The notes beneath the pieces are model-generated. The model saw only the letters and a program-made list of their open reading frames with translations. It ran no database searches and had not been told where the DNA came from. Made by a program: the position numbers and the translations under genes. Positions 40,572 to 50,700 of a stretch of 64,000 nt of DNA are shown here, piece by piece. The DNA is taken from contig CAJJAJ010000003.1 in NCBI GenBank assembly GCA_905182225.1, positions 6,886 through 70,885 on the forward strand, in the 5' to 3' direction. This DNA comes from an uncultured Aquiluna sp. Lineage in GTDB: Bacteria > Actinomycetota > Actinomycetes > Actinomycetales > Microbacteriaceae. How positions within the stretch are numbered: position 1 is the first letter of the stretch; the number at the start of each line of letters is the position of its first letter.

Positions 40572-42026
40572 GTGATATCAGCAGCAATTCGCGTTTCGAC
40601 CAAGCTGGCCAGCCATCGCCGATTTGGCCTCCTTTCCACGCTTGTCATAACTCTTGTCGGCCTGATAATTCGGTTCGGAAATCTTGCTAATCCAAGGCTT
40701 TTGATATTCGACGAGACTTACTACGTCAAGGACGCTTATACCCTTGGCCTATTCGGATCTGAGCGCAATTGGCAAGCAGGTGCGAATGCCGAATTTGAAA
40801 TGGGTAACCTCTCTGGCTTTCTGGACACTGCCGCTTATGTAGTCCACCCGCCATTGGGCAAGTGGGTGATATGGCTTGGCATGCAACTATTTGGTGCCGA
40901 CTCAGCGTTTGGCTGGCGCTTCGCGACAGCACTACTGGGCACGCTGATGATCCCGTTGGTCATCCTTATTGCCAGAAGGTTGATTGGATCAAATTTCTTT
41001 GCGGCGGTTGCTGGCCTAATGATGGCCCTAGAGGGCCTATCAATAACTCTTTCGCGCACCGCAATCCTCGATGGGATTCTTGCGTTTTTCGCTCTGCTGG
41101 CTTTTTACTTTGTGATCCGAGACCAAGAAGCCTGGGAGCGCAGACTCCGGCATGCTCGGTCAAACGGACTAGTCATACGCGGATGGCTCTTATTGGCAGG
41201 TATCGCACTTGGGTTAGCCATCGGAGTCAAGTGGTCGGGGTTGTATTTCTTGGCAGCGTTTGGCATTTACACGTTTATTGTGGATCTGAACCTTCGGGGT
41301 CGGCTAGGCATGCCGCGTGTTCTGGCAATTGGCCAAGGGGCACTGAATGCGATTGTGCTTTTAGTTCCAGCCTTCGGAATTTACCTACTTGGCTGGCTTG
41401 GCTGGATAACCGGGAGCGATGGATGGGGTAGAAACGCCAAGCCAAGTTGGTACGCGTCTCTTTGGGACTATCACCTCAACGCCTACGCCTTCCACACTGG
41501 GCTCACAAGCCCCCATGCCTATCAGGCAAACGCTTTCGAGTGGCTTTTGAGCCTCAGACCAACCGCCCTGTTTTTCGAGCGCTACGAGGCCTCCAGTGCC
41601 TGCGGGGTGCTCACCGATTGCACCGTTGCACTGACCGCAATACCTAATCTTGTAATTTGGCTGGGCGGATTGTTGGCAATTATTTGGTTGGGCCTTAGAA
41701 ATATTCGGAAGTTCGATGCCGGTAGCTTCGGGCTGGTCACAGGCTTTTTGGCCGGCTGGCTTCCCTGGGTGTTCTACCTCGAGCGCACTACTTTTCAGTT
41801 CTACGCGGTTGCCTATGCCCCCTATTTAGTGCTCGCTCTAGCTTTTGGTATTCACGCTTACTGGCGCAAAGGCGTTGCCCGAAGGCTCAAGGGTAGGCCT
41901 GGCGCGCTGTTAGTTCTCATGGTGGCAGTGGTGTTATTTGCTCTTTACTTCGTGACTATCTGGATGGCTCTACCAGTCCCACATTTTGTCTGGCGAATGC
42001 AAATGCTCTTTCCATTCTGGGTCTAG
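40572..42026 (+). CDS. Protein O-mannosyltransferase (GT39/PMT family, Rv1002c-like)
   Basis: Polytopic protein with the N-terminal loop motif IFDETYYVKDAYTL. It is divergent from rsmI, as I recall for Mtb Rv1002c/Rv1003. Confidence 0.8.
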   Translation: MISAAIRVSTKLASHRRFGLLSTLVITLVGLIIRFGNLANPRLLIFDETYYVKDAYTLGLFGSERNWQAGANAEFEMGNLSGFLDTAAYVVHPPLGKWVIWLGMQLFGADSAFGWRFATALLGTLMIPLVILIARRLIGSNFFAAVAGLMMALEGLSITLSRTAILDGILAFFALLAFYFVIRDQEAWERRLRHARSNGLVIRGWLLLAGIALGLAIGVKWSGLYFLAAFGIYTFIVDLNLRGRLGMPRVLAIGQGALNAIVLLVPAFGIYLLGWLGWITGSDGWGRNAKPSWYASLWDYHLNAYAFHTGLTSPHAYQANAFEWLLSLRPTALFFERYEASSACGVLTDCTVALTAIPNLVIWLGGLLAIIWLGLRNIRKFDAGSFGLVTGFLAGWLPWVFYLERTTFQFYAVAYAPYLVLALAFGIHAYWRKGVARRLKGRPGALLVLMVAVVLFALYFVTIWMALPVPHFVWRMQMLFPFWV

Positions 42027-43024
42027 TTATCTTTTTGACCGGTAACCCTGGTTGCAAGAAGGGACCAGACAGTGGTGACGGTCAGCGTTATCAAAATCAC
42101 GATTAGCGATGAGCCCGTTGAGATTTCCGGGATGACCTTTATGGCCTCTCCACCATTGATGAACGGGATTTCATTTTTATGTAGGGCGTGAATTACCAGC
42201 TTGATTCCAATCCAAGCCAAGATCAAACTCAGCCCAAAGCCAAGATATCTGAGTCGCTGCATTAGACCGCTGAGCAAGAAATAGAGCTGCCTGAGGCCCA
42301 AAAGTGCAAAAGCGTTTGCAACGAAAACTATGTAGGGCTCATTGGTTAGACCGTAAACCGCCGGAATGCTATCGAGTGCGAAGAGTAAATCCGTAAATCC
42401 AATTGCCACCATGACTAGCAGCAGCGGTGTGATTACGCGCTTGCCGTTTTCTATAATCACTAACTTTGTCCCGTGGTACTGGTTGGTTGAAGGAATACGC
42501 CGTTGAATAAAATTGACCATCCTTCCGCCTTCGAACTCATCGATTTCTTCGTCCGGCTTTAGGTCCTTGGCCGTGTCTTTGATGAGCTTTATGGCGGTAA
42601 GAAGCAGGAACGCACCGAAGGCATAAAAAGCCCAGCTGAAGTTCTCGATGAACGCGGCGCCTGCGGCAATGAAGATACCCCTAAGCACAAGCGCTATCAC
42701 GATGCCGATTAGGAGGGCCTCGGACCGAAGCTTTCTTGGCACCTTGAACTGGGTGAAGATAACCAAAAAGACAAACAGGTTGTCCACCGACAGGGCATAT
42801 TCGGTGATAAAGCCGCCCAAGTATTCGCCTGCGTACTGACCTGGCCAGACAGCGCCGATAACAAGAGTGAACAACAAAGCCAGTGAAATGTAGACAGCGA
42901 TTTGAATTGCAGATTCTCGGAAGCCGGGCTCATGGGGATTTCGCACCTGGTAAAACAGGTCACCAAGGATCACCACCGAGAAGGCTCCGATGGTAATTAA
43001 CCACACCCAAATATCTACGTTCAT
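42023..43024 (-). CDS. TerC family integral membrane protein
   Basis: The sequence from ATG 43024 (MNVDIWVWLITIGAF...) is polytopic with the TerC block EYALSVDNLFVFLVIF. The upstream 125 codons of the longest ORF are antisense to the neighbouring gene. Confidence 0.85.
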   Translation of the reverse strand: MNVDIWVWLITIGAFSVVILGDLFYQVRNPHEPGFRESAIQIAVYISLALLFTLVIGAVWPGQYAGEYLGGFITEYALSVDNLFVFLVIFTQFKVPRKLRSEALLIGIVIALVLRGIFIAAGAAFIENFSWAFYAFGAFLLLTAIKLIKDTAKDLKPDEEIDEFEGGRMVNFIQRRIPSTNQYHGTKLVIIENGKRVITPLLLVMVAIGFTDLLFALDSIPAVYGLTNEPYIVFVANAFALLGLRQLYFLLSGLMQRLRYLGFGLSLILAWIGIKLVIHALHKNEIPFINGGEAIKVIPEISTGSSLIVILITLTVTTVWSLLATRVTGQKDN

Positions 43025-43103
43025 GACCTTCTGTTTTCCAGACCGTTGGAATAAACAGTCTTCGCCAATTGTAGGTAATCTTTCCAGTGGCGAAAGGCTT
43101 TGA

Positions 43104-43988
43104 ATGCGCGTATTGATTTCTGGAGCATCGGGACTAGTTGGAACTGAGCTTTCTAGACAGCTACTAGCTCTCGGGCACGAGCCAGTTGTGCTGGTTCGAC
43201 GCGAAGCCAAAGCGAGCAACGAAGTCAGTTGGAAACCCGGACTAGAAGCTCTTGACCCGAGCTTGATGGAATCCATCGATGCGGTCGTAAACATGGGCGG
43301 AGCCACAACCGGACGCATTCCCTGGACAAAGAAATACATGAAATTGCTTATCTCATCAAGGCTTGATTCAACTAAAACTTTGGTGGAAGCAATAAACAAC
43401 TCAAAGAACCAGCCAAAAGTTTTAGTGAGTGGGTCCGCCTCAGGAATTTATGGCGATCGCGGAGATGAGCTGCTAACAGAGGAATCAGGTCGGGGAGAAG
43501 GTTTTCTTGCCGACTTGGCCGACTCTTGGGAAACCGAAGCTCTCAAAGCCAACACTCGAGTCGTACTTGCCAGAACGACCCTGGTCATGAGCAAAAAGCT
43601 GGGTGCTCTCGGTCGACTCTTGCCTTTCATTCGCGCCGGTGTTGGCTTCTCGATTGGGCGAGGCAGCCAATGGTGGGCGTGGATTAGCCTCGAGGACGAA
43701 GCTAGGGCAATTATTCATTTGATAGACAACGAGGAAGCAACAGGGGCATTCAATCTCACTGCCCCAGAACCCGCCACCTGCAAACAGCTGGTTACTGCTC
43801 TTGGCAAAGAACTTGGCAGGCCAACTTTTCTCAAGGTTCCAGCCTGGGCAATGAATCTTTTCATAGGCGTGGCTGCAAAAGAATTACTGCTTTGCTCTCA
43901 AAAAATGAGTGCTAAAAGACTCAGCGACTCAGGATTCGAGTTCACGCACCCGACCTTGAAACAGTCGGCTGCATACGTAGTCAGCTAA
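43104..43988 (+). CDS. NAD-dependent epimerase-like protein (TIGR01777/YfcH, DUF1731 C-terminus)
   Basis: Rossmann fold MRVLISGASGLVGTEL. Length and C-terminal region are typical of the YfcH family. Confidence 0.8.
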   Translation: MRVLISGASGLVGTELSRQLLALGHEPVVLVRREAKASNEVSWKPGLEALDPSLMESIDAVVNMGGATTGRIPWTKKYMKLLISSRLDSTKTLVEAINNSKNQPKVLVSGSASGIYGDRGDELLTEESGRGEGFLADLADSWETEALKANTRVVLARTTLVMSKKLGALGRLLPFIRAGVGFSIGRGSQWWAWISLEDEARAIIHLIDNEEATGAFNLTAPEPATCKQLVTALGKELGRPTFLKVPAWAMNLFIGVAAKELLLCSQKMSAKRLSDSGFEFTHPTLKQSAAYVVS

Positions 43989-44019
43989 CTATTTTTTAGC
44001 TATTGGCTTTTTTGCAGCA
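43989..44019 (-). repeat. Decayed solo copy of the 3' end and repeat unit of the Lys/Ala-rich gene
   Basis: The minus strand reads gca aaa aag cca ata gct aaa aaa tag (AKKPIAKK*). The true gene end at 45408-45446 reads gcg aag aag cca ata gct aag agg cct... (AKKPIAKRPTAK*). I count 22 of 27 nt identical. Confidence 0.65.
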
Positions 44020-44096
44020 TGTCGTCAAAACGCACCGGAACAGTGACTACCTTGCCAGCGCGCCGCTTGGGTCCAACAAGCCGCCTAACAGTTGCA

Positions 44097-45143
44097 TTAG
44101 TAGGTCATTGCCTCGGAGTTAGCTTTCGATGAGGTGGGAAGGCTCGCGGTGCGGCCCATCACGTGAGCCAGGCCGAGACCAACAAGCACGCCGAGAGCGA
44201 TAGCTCCGGCCCACAGCTCTGGTGTCCACCTAATTGTGCCGAAAATGGCGAAGGTGGCGAAATGCGTGCTCCACATCACCAAAGGAATGACAGCACCTAG
44301 GGCCAGCCATGTTTTGGCGGATCCCGGGTGTGGCCGGAAGAGACGAATAAAGAGATCTGCTGCTAAGCCGGCTGATAGCAGCGTAAGCATTGCCCCATAG
44401 TTCTCAAATCCGTCAAGCATTCCAGACATGGTGATCCCTAAGAATCCTAGGATCGCTGTGAAGGTCCAGAAGGGCGTGTCCCATCGGGCGGCGAGATAGA
44501 GGACCGAGCCTGTCACGATCACGGCGGTGATCAGTATTTGCATAATGCCGTACTCTGCCTCGAATGAACCGGTGCCGTCGTGCGAGTTAAACAGGATCTC
44601 CGGAACATCACTGGCGGGGGCGTAGGCGTACATGAAGAAAAAGTTGATGAGCAATGTCGTCAATAGCATAGAAAGGCCGACCGGTAGAAAATCTCCCTTG
44701 GGTAGCTGACGGCCCGAATGGGCGAGTTCGGCGCTTCGCATTGGAGCACTGAGAATCAGCAAGCCGCCGATAAACAGAATGATGTGCGTCGGGCTGATCA
44801 ATGCGTCCACCCCCGTCTCAATTCCTAGCAAGGTGTGCCAGAAGCCATCACCTATTCCACCGATTGCGAATATTCCGAGCCCCAGCGCGGCCAATCGATA
44901 GCCAGGCGGGATCGACTGGCTGAGAGAGCTTCCTGAAATACGCCTGCGTCGGATTATCCATGCGATCCAAAGGGCAGTGGCCATAAAGCCCGAATAAAAG
45001 AGGCCGTGCCATGGCGTGAAGAACGTTTCGAGTTCCGCTAGGTTTTGGTGGGCCCAGCCGTCGACGAAGAGTCCAGTAATTAGCCAGAGGCCGAAAACGC
45101 CTGTGAGCAGGTTTTCCTTTTTGGTTGCGGTTGCATTTGTCAT
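44097..45143 (-). CDS. Hypothetical polytopic membrane protein (about 10 TM, His/Trp-rich loops)
   Basis: A 348-aa uninterrupted ORF with regular hydrophobic segments, for example FVDGWAHQNLAELETFFTPWHG and GDGFWHTLLGIETGVDALISPTH. I recognised no family. Confidence 0.6.
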   Translation of the reverse strand: MTNATATKKENLLTGVFGLWLITGLFVDGWAHQNLAELETFFTPWHGLFYSGFMATALWIAWIIRRRRISGSSLSQSIPPGYRLAALGLGIFAIGGIGDGFWHTLLGIETGVDALISPTHIILFIGGLLILSAPMRSAELAHSGRQLPKGDFLPVGLSMLLTTLLINFFFMYAYAPASDVPEILFNSHDGTGSFEAEYGIMQILITAVIVTGSVLYLAARWDTPFWTFTAILGFLGITMSGMLDGFENYGAMLTLLSAGLAADLFIRLFRPHPGSAKTWLALGAVIPLVMWSTHFATFAIFGTIRWTPELWAGAIALGVLVGLGLAHVMGRTASLPTSSKANSEAMTY

Positions 45144-45407
45144 GCTCTGAGTTTAAAGCAAACCTAACAATTCAACCTGTAAGTTTTCCTGCAGCAACCT
45201 AGGAAAACCCTGAGGGCCACCAGTGCACCATTGGCAAACCGGCCACCTGGCTCTGGAAGTAGGGGATGCACGTGTCCCATGTATCCGAACCTAAGCACCA
45301 GGGCGCCTTCAGAAATGATTACTGAAAGACGCTTTACTCAATCAAGAGTTTGAGCGCGGGTTGCACTTAGGTTGAACGATAGCTATAAAAGAGCCTGGGC
45401 CCCGTGT

Positions 45408-45737
45408 TTACTTGGCCGTAGGCCTCTTAGCTATTGGCTTCTTCGCAACAGTGGTCTTAGCTACTGGCTTCTTCGCAACAGTGGTCTTAGCTACTGGCTT
45501 CTTCGCAGCAGTGGTCTTAGCTACTGGCTTCTTCGCAGCAGTGGCCTTAGCTACTGGCTTCTTCGCAGTTGCGGCTGTCTTTGCGACCCTTGTGGCTACT
45601 TTTTCAACCTCGGCCAACGCCTCCGCAGCTACTTCTTTGGCGGCGTCGCGAGCTTCGTGTGCGACGGTTACGGCGGAGCTAGAAGCAGCTTTGCCGGTGC
45701 GTGTGAAAAGATTTTTGATTGAGTCAAGCAGGCTCAT
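45408..45737 (-). CDS. Lys/Ala-rich histone-H1-like repeat protein
   Basis: GGAGA lies 6 nt upstream of the ATG. A helical N-terminal part is followed by five AKKPVAKTT(A/V)-type decapeptide repeats. The two plus-strand ORFs here are other frames of the same repeat. Confidence 0.7.
   Translation of the reverse strand: MSLLDSIKNLFTRTGKAASSSAVTVAHEARDAAKEVAAEALAEVEKVATRVAKTAATAKKPVAKATAAKKPVAKTTAAKKPVAKTTVAKKPVAKTTVAKKPIAKRPTAK
45426..45570. repeat. 30-bp tandem repeat, about 4.8 copies (cttagctactggcttcttcgca[a/g]cagtggt)
   Basis: Read directly. Copies start at 45426, 45456, 45486, 45516 and 45546, with 0-3 mismatches each. Confidence 0.9.
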
Positions 45738-45789
45738 GTGGGTCTCCGTTTTGGTTGGGATGGACGATTGAAATCTTAGAGGTCTTTGG

Positions 45790-46395
45790 CTAGATTGCCC
45801 TACGACGAGCCAGAATCTCGTCTATTTCTTTGGACGCCAAAGATTTTTTTGGTGCAGAAATTTCGATGACTTCCGCCAAAGGCAGGAGAAGCTCACCCTT
45901 CCTTGCCTCTGCCATTGGTTTGGGCAGGGGGTTAGGACTCCACTGCCGGTCCTTGGCTATTTTTGTCTGGCTCTTGGATGCATTAGCTCGGACTCGCTGT
46001 CTAGCTCTGTGAATGTTGCCAGCCAGCTTTGCGGCTTGATTGGCCGCGGCTCGTTGAATGAACAGTGAGGCGAAACTCAGCGGGAGTGCGATAGCGAAAC
46101 CAAACCACCATGAGTTTTGAGCAGTCGCCGCGACCACGGAGGCGATTGAGGCAAGCGCTGTCAAAATAAAGATGATCGAGAAACCCCGCTGGGTAGTCAG
46201 GAGCCGTCTGAGTCGATCATCGTCGGTCGGCACTCTGGATTTTTCCTCTGTCCGCCGAGCGGCTTGAATGAGTTTTGTCGTCTCATTAATCTGAGAGCGC
46301 TTGGTGTACCCGGGCACAAAAATAAAGAGCCATACCACGGCTGCGAGCACAAGAGCTATGCCACCTAGTCCCGCAGAGTTCTCCATGGGTACCAA
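45790..46395 (-). CDS. Hypothetical membrane protein
   Basis: 201-aa ORF with three hydrophobic segments and basic linkers. No family was recognised. Confidence 0.5.
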   Translation of the reverse strand: MVPMENSAGLGGIALVLAAVVWLFIFVPGYTKRSQINETTKLIQAARRTEEKSRVPTDDDRLRRLLTTQRGFSIIFILTALASIASVVAATAQNSWWFGFAIALPLSFASLFIQRAAANQAAKLAGNIHRARQRVRANASKSQTKIAKDRQWSPNPLPKPMAEARKGELLLPLAEVIEISAPKKSLASKEIDEILARRRAI

Positions 46396-46421
46396 GATAT
46401 GTCCCGCCTGATAAAACCAGG

Positions 46422-47009
46422 CTATTGACCACGCGTGTTTTGAACTCTAGACAGCAAAGACCCTGTTATTTCTTCCGACGTGATGGCAAAAATATTGTGG
46501 TCGCGCCATTGGCCATCGATGTGGATAAATCGCTCTTTGGTGCCCTCTTGACGAAGACCCAGCTTCTCAACGACCCTAAGCGACGCCGTATTTTCGGGGC
46601 GAATATCTATCTCGACCCGATGGAGACCAACTTCGGTGAAGAGGTGATCTATTGCTATGGCCACAGAAATCGGAACAATTGACTTACCGGCAGAGTTTTT
46701 GGCTATCCAGTAGCCAACGGTCGCCGACGAGACCGACCCGAAAAGAATGTTTGCCACATTCAATTGCCCGACGACCTTCCCCTCGTACTCCATGACCAGA
46801 GCCAAGCCAGTTCCTTTTTTGGTTTGCGATAGCAAGGAGCGAATCATCCAGCGAACATCTAAAGGGTAACGAATCCCGGGTGTCGTGGCTTCCCAGGGAA
46901 TTAGCCACTCTCTGTCGGCTATCAGTAGCTTTCGAAGCACCCTAAAGTCTCGCTTGGCTAGAATCCGAAGCGTGATATCACCGTGAGTCAATGGAGGAAA
47001 TCTCTGCAC
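46422..47009 (-). CDS. GNAT N-acetyltransferase (RimJ/RimL-like)
   Basis: GNAT core VGYWIAKNSAGKSIVPISVAIAIDHLF...LHRVEIDIRPENTASLRVVEKLGLRQEG. Confidence 0.8.
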   Translation of the reverse strand: MQRFPPLTHGDITLRILAKRDFRVLRKLLIADREWLIPWEATTPGIRYPLDVRWMIRSLLSQTKKGTGLALVMEYEGKVVGQLNVANILFGSVSSATVGYWIAKNSAGKSIVPISVAIAIDHLFTEVGLHRVEIDIRPENTASLRVVEKLGLRQEGTKERFIHIDGQWRDHNIFAITSEEITGSLLSRVQNTRGQ

Positions 47010-47027
47010 GCTGGCAAGATTACCGCT

Positions 47028-47549
47028 ATGGATACTTCGAGCGCCAAGTTGGAACTCCGAAAGAGCATTAAGTTACAGCGCCCGCAGTCGTCTTTGGGGT
47101 TGCTTGAGCAACTTCAAAATCTTGCCAAAAAGACAAACGCCACAAACATTGCCAGCTATAGCCCTCTTGACAGCGAGCCCGATCTGAGGTCTTTCAATGA
47201 TTGGGCCACCGAAAGCGCAAATCTTTACTTTCCAAGAGTGGTCCGTGACAAGATCGAATTTGCTCAAGGACCACTTCGGATTGGCAGGTTCGACATTATG
47301 GAACCAACAGGGTCAGCAATACTTTCTAGCGACCTTGATCTAATTCTTGTTCCAGCGCTCGCGGTTGACGTTCTTGGTAACAGGCTCGGCAAAGGCAAGG
47401 GCTTCTATGACCGATGGCTCGAGGATGTCGCCAGTAAAAATATTTTCGCCGTTGTTTTTGACTCAGAAGTGTTGGGGCTTGTTCCCAACGAGCCGCATGA
47501 CAAGAAAATCAACGGGATTGTAACCCCAACCAGGTTGATTGCAATTTAG
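47028..47549 (+). CDS. 5-formyltetrahydrofolate cyclo-ligase
   Basis: Motifs LYFPRV, DLILVPALAVDVLGNRLGKGKGFYDRWL. ATG 47028 avoids overlap with the divergent GNAT gene. Confidence 0.8.
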   Translation: MDTSSAKLELRKSIKLQRPQSSLGLLEQLQNLAKKTNATNIASYSPLDSEPDLRSFNDWATESANLYFPRVVRDKIEFAQGPLRIGRFDIMEPTGSAILSSDLDLILVPALAVDVLGNRLGKGKGFYDRWLEDVASKNIFAVVFDSEVLGLVPNEPHDKKINGIVTPTRLIAI

Positions 47550-47576
47550 TCTGGTTAGAATCTATGCGGAGGACAA

Positions 47577-47780
47577 ATGCCGACTTACACCTACGTATGC
47601 AAGGCATGCGAGCATACCTTCGAGATGCACCAGGCTTTTGCTGAAGAGGCGCTTGAGAGCTGCCCAAAGTGCTCAGGGGAACTAAGAAAACAATTTGGAA
47701 ACCTGGGGGTCAGCTTCAAGGGCTCAGGGTTTTATAAGAACGACTCTGCACCCGCACGACCAAGCTCCACCGACAGCTGA
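47577..47780 (+). CDS. FmdB-family zinc-ribbon protein
   Basis: MPTYTYVCKACEHTFE...CPKCSG, giving two CxxC pairs. The length is 67 aa. Confidence 0.8.
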   Translation: MPTYTYVCKACEHTFEMHQAFAEEALESCPKCSGELRKQFGNLGVSFKGSGFYKNDSAPARPSSTDS

Positions 47781-47789
47781 GCAGTCGAA

Positions 47790-50700
47790 CTAACCCCAGT
47801 GCGGAGGCTTATCGTCTCTGAGTCTGTCATCATTCGAGTCGTTTTCGTGACCCCATGCACCGCTGGTGTCCTCAAAGGCTCGATCCTCAAACAGCGGTTG
47901 AGCCCGACTAATCAGGTCGACCCCCAGTGACATTGCAATTCGGTTTGCCACATCCTGGGGCTTAGCGAATATCTCAAGAGCGTGAACACGCTGGTAGTCC
48001 CAGCCCATGGCTCTCAGTAACCCGGGTCTTACTCGAAGCTTTTCGTCCCAGTTTTCTCCCACGAGCGCCCAGTCCGGGTCGACAACCGCTGCTTTTTTGC
48101 CAAACGAAACAGCCAAACCAATGCGACCGCCAAAATTCAGTGCAACTTTTAGTCCCAGCTTCTCAAGCCTGCGAGCCAGGTCCCTGAGTAATGGGTCTGC
48201 CTGGCCCTCGGCAACATCACTCATAAAGCTTGGCGCGATTAGATCCTTGAGCCAGCGCTGATTCTCCGGCAGCCCCCCGGCGGCAAAGTCTTCAAAGTTG
48301 TAGCAAGAAACAACTGTCATGCGTTTTCTAGCTGAGACAATTTGGTTCACCATCCAGCCGCTGAAATTTTGGAAGTTGAAATCCCCAAGGGTTCCAGAGA
48401 TTTTGCCCTCTGGTGTGCGGCCAAACCCGACCGAGAAGATCACTCGATCCGCCAGCCGGTGAGTCAGTTCGCTCATGCTGATGCACTCAAACTTTTCTCT
48501 CCCGTGTGCATCGAAAAACTCGGCTAGCTGAGGCTGCTTGTGGGTCTCTTGACGAACCAATTGGTCAATGCGTTCGGCATGAGTTCGAGATGCGGTCACG
48601 ACCATGAGGGAATCTTCCGGAGTCCACCTGGCGTGGCTCATTACCAGCTCGGCGACCTTGCTAACTTCCGAATCCAAGGATTCAGTGGACCCCTCGATTG
48701 TGCTTGACGCGTTGGCATCCTCGGTAATTTCTATGTGCTCAAAATTATGGGAACCAAATAGTTGCCCCGCTGCAGGCTCTAGTACTAGACGCGAATCATA
48801 GAAATTATCGTTCAAGTACTTCCCGAGCACTTGGCCTTCGATTCGATAATTACGACTGATTGCCAAGGAACTGAACACTTCCGCAACCAAATCAAAGACC
48901 GATCCCCGGTCGGTTTCAACGTGAACCTGGTTTGCCCTTGCCACGGTGTCAAAGTTCTCAGGAGTGGCAATCACTGGGTCTCCAAAAGCAATCACCTGAT
49001 TGGCTAAAGATATCGCCTGCTGAGACTCAGCCAGCCCAGTGGAAGATCCATCCAGAACAATAACCAGATCAAACTCTTCTGCCGGGTCCAGTTCGTGGAT
49101 TTTGTAAGGAGAGACCAAAACGGCAGGGACAAGCGTCTTATATAAATCTCCACCTGCCTGAGAAGCGGCCTTGAGTTCTAGCTTTTTGGTTCTGAGTTGA
49201 GATCTCAAAGCATCGGCCTGCGCAGGTTGCTTAGCAATTGCTGCGCGCCAAGCCTCTGCCAATTGATGCCGCACGTCCAGAAGCCCCTGCGCGATGAGGT
49301 CTTCGTTGGCTTTCTCGAAGTCACTCTCCAGCGTCGCGATAGTCTCAGCGGTGTATTCCAAAATTCTGGAGTCAGACTGAATAATCGCCTCCAGCGCAGA
49401 CTGCCACCACGTGAGCTCGAATTCCCTCTGCAGCAGCTCAACTTCAGGCCTTGACTTACTGACTTCCTTTGCGAACTGACCCAAACCTATTTCCACCAAC
49501 TCGTTAGAAATTGGCAGACGCTGCATGTAATGATCTAGGCCCCCTGTCTTCGTCGCCAAATGTTCAAGCACGACAGCCAGTTGATCTAATTCCATTCGAG
49601 TCAACAGCGCTATGTCCGGGTCCGGATTCAAGTGTCGCTGCAGAATCTCAAGCACCCGATAGATTTGCTGGAACTTTGACTGGACATCCCCCAGTCCAAG
49701 CGGAACAGTTGGCGGAGCTTGAGTTAGATTAAGTTGAGACCAGGCCACTCGCTGCCTCTCGGCCTCAACCAGCGCCTGATGAAGATTCGCAACCGCTGCT
49801 CCTTGTCGAAGGTAACCCTTTGCCAGCTTTTTAAATCTCCTCCGCTGCGCTCCGGAAAGCTCACCTCGCTCTGACCTTGATGCAGTTGCACTGATCATCT
49901 CCTGTAGAGACCGATCAAATATTTCTGGCCTAAATTTGTCCAGCGTTTCTCGAATCCCCAATAGTAGATTCAGCCTGAGCGACCAGTCCTCGACCTTTTT
50001 GCTTGCCGAAAGATTCAGGTCGGACAGATAAAGGCTTATTTGATACCTGAGTATTCGAAACTCCTCACCGGCAATCGACCTGGCTGCCGCCAAGGCTTCA
50101 CTAATTTGTGCTTCAGACTCGAATTTCGCCTGAAACCAAGGGCCGTCTTCGGGAGAAGTGGCAAAAAGTCCGGCCTCGTGGGCACGGCCAAGAAGGGCCG
50201 CAGCGTCATTGCGAATCGTCGGCAAAATGTCGGGTTTAATTCTGGCGTTGTTGACCGGGGCGGAAGGCAATGAAGCTAGGGTCGCCAAATTTTCCAGAGC
50301 TTCGATAACGCTCACGCCAAGGCTGTTCTCTTTGGATTGCACCACCGAAAAATACCGCTCGACATCCAGTTGGCTCCTGGCAACCAAGTCTCTGACCGAT
50401 TTGAGATTACCCGGTGAAGCTTTTTCATTTCTGGAAATTGCCGAGACGGTGTCACTCCAGCTATCGCTCTGCCTAACCGCTAAGCCCGGCAGCTTCGAGG
50501 CGCTTAATCGCTCCGCGACTTCGTCAAGCGTCTGCTGGCGAGGGGCAATAATCAAGGCGCGCTTTTGAGATACGGCTAGGTTAGCAATCAGGTTTACAAC
50601 GGTCTGAAGGTAGCCACAGCCCGGAAGCGTCTCTACCGCAAAGCTGTTCCCGGCCATTGCCCGCTCCAGCACGGCCTGCTGGCCTGCATCTGCATTCAGA

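Noticed and set aside
43025-43103. A yybP-ykoY (Mn2+) riboswitch upstream of the TerC gene
   Set aside because: The spacer is 79 nt. It lacks the GGGGAGUAG-type core and shows only a generic 7-bp hairpin.
43025-43399. A 125-codon N-terminal extension of the TerC ORF
   Set aside because: It is antisense to the well-supported epimerase gene and non-hydrophobic. The TerC homology starts at ATG 43024.
45426-45570. The 30-bp periodic repeat as a possible CRISPR array
   Set aside because: The units are directly tandem with no spacers, lie inside a coding frame, and no cas genes are present.
45372-45771. Two plus-strand ORFs (116 and 119 aa; SYWLLRNSGLSYWLL... and GFFATVVLATGFF...)
   Set aside because: They are alternative frames of the 30-bp tandem repeat. 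The minus-strand frame has a GGAGA RBS, a non-repetitive N-terminus and a biologically familiar K/A-rich repeat.
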